Shown piece by piece: positions 44,425-64,000 of a DNA stretch of 64,000 nt (the first letter of the stretch is position 1; every line of letters begins with the position of its first letter). The DNA comes from the human T2T-CHM13v2.0 reference genome, Homo sapiens, in the NCBI RefSeq assembly GCF_009914755.1, contig NC_060925.1. One strand, 5' to 3'. The translations under genes and the position numbers were made by a program. The notes under the pieces are model-generated. The model did no database searches. It worked only from the letters and a program-made list of their open reading frames with translations, and had not been told where the DNA came from.

Positions 44425-45029
44425 GAGTGCCAATATTGTACATACATATTTGTCCACTTGTCCAGTATTCCTCTAGGATAAATCCCAAAAAGTAGGGTTA
44501 CTAGCTCAAAGAGCATGCACATTTTTAGGGTTTCTGAGATGAACTCCTAAAGATCCAAACATTTCCTGAACTACTTTATCTCCACAACAGCGTTCTAGTT
44601 ATAGGTTTTCACTCAATGATGTTCATGCTGAAATGAGCAAGAAAGAAGTCACAGGTTCTCTTTGGGACAATGATTAGTTCTACAAGCAAGGATATTATTT
44701 GAGAAAGATAAATTGAAAACAAAAGATGAATGGAAGGTGAGGAATTTAACATTTAGAATGCAAAGAAGCAGATCTGTATGCAAGTGAGAACCTGAGCTTC
44801 CAGAAGCTTCCATGTGACTTGGCCTCTGCTTAATAGCAGCAGCAGTCCCAGGCCTCTTGCTTAAACTCTGTCTACACTCGCACCATCCTGTCTGATGGAA
44901 GAAATGACAGAACTGGAAGAAGAGCCATCTTAGAGATGGACATGTGCTCGGCACAGACAAGCACTTAGTGTCCTGTTAAGAAGACCAAAAACATAAACAA
45001 GAGAAGAATCCTCTGTAGCAACATCAACA

Positions 45030-45840
45030 ACCATCTTCACACTCGCCCTTGGTCTCTTAAGCCAACAGGCCTAAAATTGAGCTCATTGTTCTTTTCCATG
45101 GACTCTTGCTCCTATCATCCCTATCTTCAATTAGTGGCATCGCCATTACTTAGCAAGCCTAAGCAAAAAACCTATGACTTCTCCTTCTCCTTTAACCCCA
45201 ACATCGAAGGAGCCAACTATTTGCATGTATCCTATCCTCAGGGTCTTTTCTTTCCATTCTCCTTATAGCCCTGGATGGAGCCTGCATTGTCTTTTGCCTG
45301 AGAGAAGGTGGTAGTCTCCAGGATGTGTCTATGGAGGTTTCAAAACCTTCTGATGGCTCCATCGTCTGCAGCTGATGCTTCCACTCCTCAGTAAGACAGT
45401 AAAAGCTTTTCCAAAATCTGACCCTAGCCTTGCTTTTCAGCTTCATCCCCGCTACTTCCCTTCTTGTGCTCCAGATACTTGGACTTCCCCAGCAATCGCC
45501 TCCCTGTGCTTTTGTTCTGGTGGTTTTTTTCCCCACTGACCTCACTCCTCTTCTCCTCCCTTTCCCAGCCTCCTGAACTCATTCTCATCCTCAAAGGCCA
45601 ATGCAAATATTAATTCTCTGCAGGTTTCTCTGGACAGAATCAATCATCCTCTCTATGGTGTTCCCATAGCATTTTGTCTAACTGCTAGAGAAACATTTAG
45701 CATGGTATCAGATGCCTCCTGATAGACTGGGATTTCACTGAGGACATGGAATGTGTCATATTTATCTTGGATACCAATGGCATAGCTGAATTCCAGGCAT
45801 ATAGGAGGGGCTTAGTAAATATTGGTTGAATTGGATTAAG
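45030..45840 (+). mobile_element. L2 3' region
   Basis: cttctccttctcctttaaccccaacatc...; ends ggcatataggaggggcttagtaaatattggttgaattgg. Confidence 0.7.
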
Positions 45841-45879
45841 TCAGAAATACATCCAGGTCACTGACTCTTATCCAATGTC

Positions 45880-47065
<1,186 letters not shown>

Positions 47066-48308
47066 TCAATTCCGTCAAGTGTCTTCCCTGTGTAGAGTGA
47101 TGATTCTTAATGAAGATCCTGACTTCCAAACACCTCTGGTAGATCTCCTTTTTTGCTAGAGTGCCAGAAAATTCTTAGGTAATTTTCCAATTTTAATTCA
47201 CTTTCATCTTAAAAATAAATACATGCCTCATGGCATTTTTAAGAGGGGTGGGTGTTTGATGAAATAAAATGAGTGACAACAGGGTGTCACAACTCCAGAA
47301 AGGTTTCATATCGCTGGTTTAGAGATTCCCAGTGAGTAGGAGTTTGATGAACTGAAAAAATGAAATGGCTTCCAAATCACTCTGCCCTACTATGCTGATT
47401 TGAAACACATAACCTGCCTACACTGCTGAAAAGCTCCCAGCCCTGGGGTGAATGAACCCTGCAAAGCTACTACTTGGCACTCACCCAGCAGTTTGCAAAA
47501 GGCAGTGAAAGGAAATGTTCACAGTCAATTGATAGCAGCAGGACCCTTAGGGAGCTAGAGTGAGGGATGGGACCAGCCAAGGCCATTTGGACGGGCATCC
47601 AGGTCACCACGCAAAAGCCTTCCTGGGAACTCTCAGGACAATGACGGTTTGGAGCCCTGGCTTCACATTTCACTTTGAAAGAGGCCACCACCTAAATGGG
47701 TTGAGATGCTCCTTTCTGCCTCTCTCTAGTCAAAGGTTCATACTGCCCAGGAGAAGAGTGAAAAGGGAAAATCAGCCTTATTAGCATGTATTTATTTGGG
47801 GCCTTGGCTCTGAGGCAGCATTTCGTGGTGCCTTTTAGGACTGGAAGAGAGAGGCTAGAAGATTCCTGCTATATTTGAAAGCAATTCATGACTTAATTTC
47901 ACATTTTTTAGTTCTGGATTATGTAGGGTGCTTATATATTCAATTATTACCTCGTATTAAGATTTCAAATTGTGATCTTCCTATTTCCCAAAGAAGAGAG
48001 CTTGAGGAGTTCATTAGGCCAGGATTCTTCTTCCTTTGAGAGACAACCAAGCAGATGGTGTTGCTAATGCGCAGACACCTGCACAGATGCCCTGCTGAGG
48101 CCCAAACAACATCTGTGGCTTTTCTTCATACCCAATAAATAACTTACCTTTCCCTCTCTGATTTTTCCTCTTTTAAAATTCTGTATAGTTACTAATGGAG
48201 GTGATAAGGATAATGCAGGGCAGGACTTTTAAAACACTTTTAAAGCAACAAAACCCTCTTTCAATTGAAATCTGTGCCTAACTTCAGCATGTAAAACCAA
48301 AAAGAAAG

Positions 48309-49547
<1,239 letters not shown>

Positions 49548-51039
49548 GTAGTGGTTCTTTGGTTAAGCTGGGATGGGGACCTGGAGTCTTGACCTCCTCG
49601 CTTCTGGCCCCTGGGAAGCAAATCTCACATAAATTCCAGAATGCTGCCATCATCCCAATCAGAATTTCTCAATCTCCAAGGGAAATTTTATCATCTGGCA
49701 CTTCAATGGCTGTTTTAAAATGTTACAAAAGATTTGGCAAGGTCCCAATGGGAGGGGCAGGCACCTACATCTGGGCTTGGAAGCCAACGATGTGATATGA
49801 GGGAGTCTAAGTGGCCACTGCCAGCTCCGCTCTGGGGACTGCCAGCCTCCAATCCTGCTTGCTGTCTACATCACATAATGTGCCTGGTTGAGAAAAGGCC
49901 TTAGGAAGAGCCAGAGAGTGCCAGAGAATGGAAAGAGTATGACACATGCCTCGCTGAGGTCGGACAGCGCGTCAGCCTTACTTTCCCAGCTGACTAAGGA
50001 CGCCTCCCACCAAGCTGCTTGCCTGCTGAAGCCTGTCTTGAAAACTGACAGTAGATGGCTGTGACTACCCAGAGTTTTTTCCCCAGCAGTTAATGAACAC
50101 ACAGCAGACGCATGCATGCAATACCTTGGAATCATCCCAGAGGCTCCAGGTCAGGTCTCCTTGTCTGAACGCCCCTACCTAGCTGGGCCACACAAGCAGT
50201 TTCCATGCTGAGTCCACTAAGTAATCCAAAACAATTGTTCCTTGGGATTTTTCTGAAAAAGAGATAGAAAGTGCTCTGCCTCGGTGAGCAGAGGGAGCTG
50301 CTTCAGTATTGGAAACAAAGATAACTGAAATGCAGTCTTTAGAATCTGATAAACCCTCTTCCCAGGACAAGAAAGGCATGAAGTCAGGCCTGAGCTTTGG
50401 GGCTCATTTCAGGTACATGCTGGCTTTAGCAACAGAGGAAAAGCCATTATCCCTGTCTTCTTAATTTCCCTCAGCAATCAGCCCTAGCAGGTTCACCATG
50501 TTCTCTGTGCAGTTTGAGACAAACTCACTAAACGTCCTGTTCTCTGAAAAATGATCCATCCAAGAGGGCACAGGCCAAGAGTGTTTCTCCTTTTGGTATC
50601 AGGGACAGGTTGTAATGCTGCCGTGATCAAAGGCATGAGTTCCTCAGGTGAGGGGGCAGCCCGGCTACAGCCCTGGTGGGGAGGGCTGCACTTAGCGTAG
50701 GAGCTGGCTATTTCACTGCCCCCACCCCATCTTCATTGCTTCTAGGCATCCAGAGCTCTATGGTGTAACGTATATCCTGGAATAGTTCCAACATCTCTGT
50801 TCCAGGACTTGCTGGACACAGAACCACTTGTGATACGGTTAGAAAAGTCACTTTTCATCTCCTGTCCTAAGCTGCTAAGAAAAACGAATCATGTAGCCTA
50901 GATTTACATGTTTGCCTTTTTCTGGTGATCATGAGTGACTGATCTGAGCAATAAGTATATGACTGAGAGGCCCTCGCCAGGCATTTGTGGAGCGGATTGC
51001 CGAAGCTTGGTTAGTTAAGCAATATGCCAGAAATTTGGA

Positions 51040-51750
51040 GATCATGAACTCTGACTTTTGCCACCTTGCCACATGCTCTTCAGCCAGTTATTTCTCCTAT
51101 GTTCTGCCTTTATAAAATGGGGATAAGCTATCTCTGAGGTTGTTTTAAGAAGAGACACTAATGAAAATGATTGTCAAGTGCCTCTCTAAAGAGAAAGTAC
51201 AGTAGGCATAAGTGCTTTATGTGATGAAATTCCATCTTTCTTCCTCCCTTTGCAACCTGAACCATGGAATCAATAATGTTTTTCCAAGTGCAGTGTCCCC
51301 AGGACAAAATATGAATCAGTTTCCTGAGCTCGGCAGCCCTCGGATGGGGAGTAGCCCCTGCCCTCTGGGGCCTGGTGTCCAGGGTGTGGCTGGCTTTACT
51401 GCTGTAAGTGCCCATCTTATCCTGGGATTCCAGCCAAGATGCCAGTGTTGCAAATTTCTCTGATTTCAGAGGAAGATTTGTTTAGGGGTTGAGTCTTCAC
51501 AGTGGCTTTTGCCATCTATCTCCATTTTATTTTCTCTTTTATCGAGTACCTATTGTACCCCAGGCACTGTGCTAAATGCATTCACCTACATTATCTTGTT
51601 TAATCCTCTGAGCAGCTCGGCGAGGGGGGTGTCATTACCATTCTTATTTTACCTCACGAAATAGGCACTTGGAGGGAGTGAAACGAGTTAGCAAGGTAAC
51701 ACAGAAAACAACGGGCAAGGCCAGGATTCCAACCCAAGCTCATCATTACT
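51040..51750. mobile_element. MIR(+) ~51040-51215 and MIR(-) ~51535-51750
   Basis: ataaaatggggataag...gaggttgttttaag; ccaggcactgtgctaaatgcattcacctacattatcttgtttaatcctc. Confidence 0.75.
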
Positions 51751-52213
51751 CTCCCATGCTTCCTTTCCCACAGTTGCCCTACATTCAGACACTTCCCATT
51801 TAAGAGAAAATCAAACTGCAGTTTGAGAAAGCACTAACTAGAGAGTTCAAGGGAGTGGGGTCTTCTGCCCACACCTATGGGGAATATGCTGTAGGCATGG
51901 CTATTGGGTACTACCTGCCTTGGAGGATGAGGGTGAAGGGAATGGGGTCCTTCCTCCTTCACCTGGTCCTGTAGACCAGTGCCCAGGCCTGTGTGTTCTC
52001 AGAGCATTTCCTGCCCATCTGAAATGCAGAGCATCCAGGCTGTCACTGCTACAGCAGGGCCCCTAATGCACTGCCTTACATCAACATGATTGTCAACTCA
52101 TTTCAGCTCAATCATCCGGCCTTGTGAGAGACGCCCACATGCTGAAGAGCCTTTCTGCAGTTCTGCATTGAACTCTTCATGTGGCCCCATCTAGTAATGA
52201 GTGCGAGTGGTAA

Positions 52214-52615
<402 letters not shown>

Positions 52616-52714
52616 CTAGTCCTTGTATCAGTGAAAACTGAGATGTAGAGCAAAGCGGAGCTGCCTATAGACAGATCAACTGATTTTTTACCAAAATAAG
52701 GGAGGGTCCTTCCT

Positions 52715-53200
52715 GACAGGTTTGCTTGGGGACTGGGGGAGAGACTGCAGCTTATTGCATAATATCTGTTTCCCTCTTAATTATAAAACTCCAAGTTTAT
52801 ATGGAGCAAAGTACCCAGCTAAAATCTACATTTCCAAGTGTTCCTGGCCACTTAGATATAAGGGAATATTATACATAAAAATTTCAAGAAGTCTGCTGAG
52901 AGGGAGCTGACTCAGAGGGCCAACCTTTTGTTGCTTCGCTTGTCCTTCTCCCTTTGTCCTGCTGCCTGGAATGCAGACATGATGGCTGGCATGCCACTGC
53001 CCTCTTAAACCATGAGGTAGCCTTGTGGATGGAAGTCAGTGCTAAGGATGGTGCTGCAGAAAGCCAGAAGCAGCTTGGGTTCCTGCTAACTTCGTGGAGC
53101 CACTATTCCTGCCCAGAACTGTAGTCCCCTGGAATTCTTTTACATAAGAGGATAAACCTTGTTTTCTGTTGTATAAAGTCTAACTTAATCCTAATTGACA
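52715..53200 (+). mobile_element. MLT1J-like MaLR LTR
   Basis: cccagctaaaatctacatttcc, ctgctgcctggaatgcagacatgatggctgg, ends aatcctaattgaca. Confidence 0.8.
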
Positions 53201-53389
53201 GATTCTGTTTGATAGAGGCACCTGGAATTTCTAGCTAGTCAAGGTCACCTGAGCCCTGTCTGCTCTATCTACCTCCTAAAGGCACATACCTAAGTCTTCC
53301 TGATAGTCTTTGCACAAGTTATATGATCACCTGTAGAAGGGTAGGTGTGGAGACTTTTTAGGGAATACTAAATGAATTCCTGAATTCTA

Positions 53390-54820
<1,431 letters not shown>

Positions 54821-54916
54821 TTAAGTACAAAAGGATAAGTCAGAGGACCGGTAAGGATTTTCTTTTCTTCATCCAGTGGCAGGAAAGCGCAATGTCGAAT
54901 GAAGATATCAAAGTCA

Positions 54917-58430
<3,514 letters not shown>

Positions 58431-58464
58431 AGTTAAAAATAAGGGCCATGCATTAGCTCCTGGT

Positions 58465-58773
<309 letters not shown>

Positions 58774-59109
58774 TAACATGAGCTCAGCCCAGACTGAATC
58801 TCTTAGTCTCAATTCTAGGTCATGTGGCAAAGACACTTTGAGGAGCCCATCCTGGGATGAAAACCATGGCCAGGGAAGAGGCCACAGCAGAGAGGCAGAG
58901 GTGCTGAAACCACTTCTGCAACCACAAGGACGAAAGTGCACCTCATTGGTGAGGGAGCGCTGGTGCCTGCCCCCATGTGCACACAGCAGCCCATAGCTAA
59001 GGAGTCACAGAGCTCTTACCTCAATCCTACCTGATCAGTTCAGCCAGAACTGATCTCTCAGCCAAGTCTGTACCCTGGCTAGAATGTGATCTTCAAAATG
59101 TGATCCTAA

Positions 59110-59645
59110 CCTGTTTTGTTCACTCCTATGACCCCAGCATCCAGAACAATGCTTGGCACCATTGGTAGGCACTCAAATACTATACTTGGTACATCAAATA
59201 ACAAATTAACTCCTCCATTCTATGCCTTCTTGGAAGGGATACAGGATGGCAGCTGGGGAGAGGAGAGCACAGAAGAAAGATGAGAACAGGATCTTAGAAA
59301 ACTTCCCTGGGGCATATTTGTAGGCCCTGACTTACCCAGATCCTTGGAACAGGAATTATGGCTTAGGGAGCAGTAGGCAAGCCCTGATCATGGAGCCTGG
59401 CAGACCCATTTATTCCTTCAACAAGGATTTATGGAACACTTACCAGATGCCAAGTCCTGCTGTATTCTCAGCCTTGCCAGGCCTAGCTTTCATACCCTTC
59501 TGGCCCTGTGATTTCTGGCTAGCTGTTAGCCTCTCTCTCTGTTCATTCATTGGTAAATACATCACAGGGTTCTTGAGAAGATTAAATGACATAATATATA
59601 AAATACTTGCTTGTGCATAGTAACTGTCCTGTAAATATTTTTGCT
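59110..59645 (+). mobile_element. Short L2 and MIR remnants
   Basis: cccagcatccagaacaatgcttggcac...gtaggcactcaaata; cacagggttcttgagaagattaaatgacataatatataaa. Confidence 0.6.
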
Positions 59646-60368
59646 GCAAAACATGGTTGTTGGGTTTTCTGTTGTTTTGTGGGGGGTGGGGAGATGGGGC
59701 TTAAGGTACAACTGTAACTGTGTAATTTACCACTGTCTGGGGTTCCTCCAGAAGATGGAATTGATCTGTATAATCATCATTTCTCATGCAAGAATAGCCT
59801 TGCCTTCACCTGGCTGCTTTTATATGAAGGAAGTGCTCTTCTTTCCATAAGAGGGCACAGCTTCTGGCGCAGCAGCAGGAAGCTGTAGATGCAGCATGGG
59901 TTACTTGGGGAATAATCGGGTTTGCACAGCACCACACACCTTCCTACTCACATGGGGTGCCCAGGGTGCTGGTGTCGGCCTGGTCAGAGGGCAGGTGAAG
60001 CTAATGGCTGCCATGCAGTGAATTCACGGGGCTACCTTGTTCTACTTCTCTCTACCTCCTCCCTCCTGGCTTCTGGTCCCAGGTGTCTCAAGCACAGTTC
60101 AGCGTCTTTGAATCTCCATTCAGGGCCATCCCAGTCCCTCAGGTTCTCTGATATGAGAGAGAAGATCTCCCAGGCCTCCTTCCTCCAAGAGACCCCCTCT
60201 GTCCCCCCCCACTCTCCCCCAGTTTGGCCTCCTAGGCAGACGGTTTTTGTTTGAGTGTCATCCCTCTCCTCCGGACGCCCCATCATTCACCTTCAGCATT
60301 TAGGAACACAGCAGCAATCTAAACCAAATGGAGAAAGCAGGAGAAATTTTTAAAAGAAAGAAAAAAAA

Positions 60369-62535
<2,167 letters not shown>

Positions 62536-62919
62536 GGTTCTTCCTTCTAAGAAGCCTCCAGAGCTCCCTGCCTGTGTCTTTCTGAGAGTCGGTCAGATGC
62601 CCCTCTTTCATTTCCCTCCATTCCAAGGCCAAGATTTCTCATCCTCATTTCACAATCGGGAAAGTCAAGACCCATGCCGCAGGCTGGCCTGCCAGGCAAC
62701 TGGCCCGAGGTTTACACACACTCAAAGATGCAGCCGAAGATTTGAAAATCCCCCTGGCACATCCGTCTTCATGCACTGAATGTATTCATTGAGGTTTTAA
62801 TTGTTCAGAGCACTCTTGGAAGCGGCCGAGTCCAAAGAGAATTGGAGGCTGGCAGACACGGTGCTGGGGCTTTCTCTGGATCGTATTGGTGAGACAGGAT
62901 ACTGTGGCATGCTAACTTA

Positions 62920-63892
<973 letters not shown>

Positions 63893-64000
63893 CTGCTAAA
63901 TGAATAGATACAAGATCCAGATTTGGTAAAATGTAAACACTTTAATCCAGGACAAAGCAGTCTTCATGCACATGAGACAGTACTATAATGCCTCTGTTAG

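Overview
Primate, almost certainly human, non-coding genomic DNA (intergenic or intronic); a near-pristine AluYa5-type copy at 57776-58074 supports human origin. I count about 78 Alu copies or fragments by eye (roughly a third of the window), plus L1, L2, MIR, MaLR/ERVL LTRs and hAT DNA-transposon fossils. I cannot support any intact protein-coding gene: the supplied ORFs are Alu-, L1- or ERV-derived, or chance. Best-supported non-Alu structures: (1) a ~9.2 kb ancient ERVL provirus (30031-39269) with both LTR16C-like LTRs, a perfect 5-bp TSD and decayed RT/RNaseH/IN/dUTPase motifs, inserted in an L2 and itself carrying a solo LTR and ~10 Alus; (2) a 3'-truncated U6 snRNA retro-pseudogene (55288-55353); (3) a 6x30-bp E-box minisatellite grown from an L2 tail (21115-21293); (4) a chain of plausible + strand splice signals in the first 10 kb that may mark a lncRNA or decayed gene. 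I see no convincing novel biological system; the items below are leads, ranked honestly. Repeat family names are from recall of consensus sequences, not from a search, and repeat boundaries are approximate unless a TSD is quoted.
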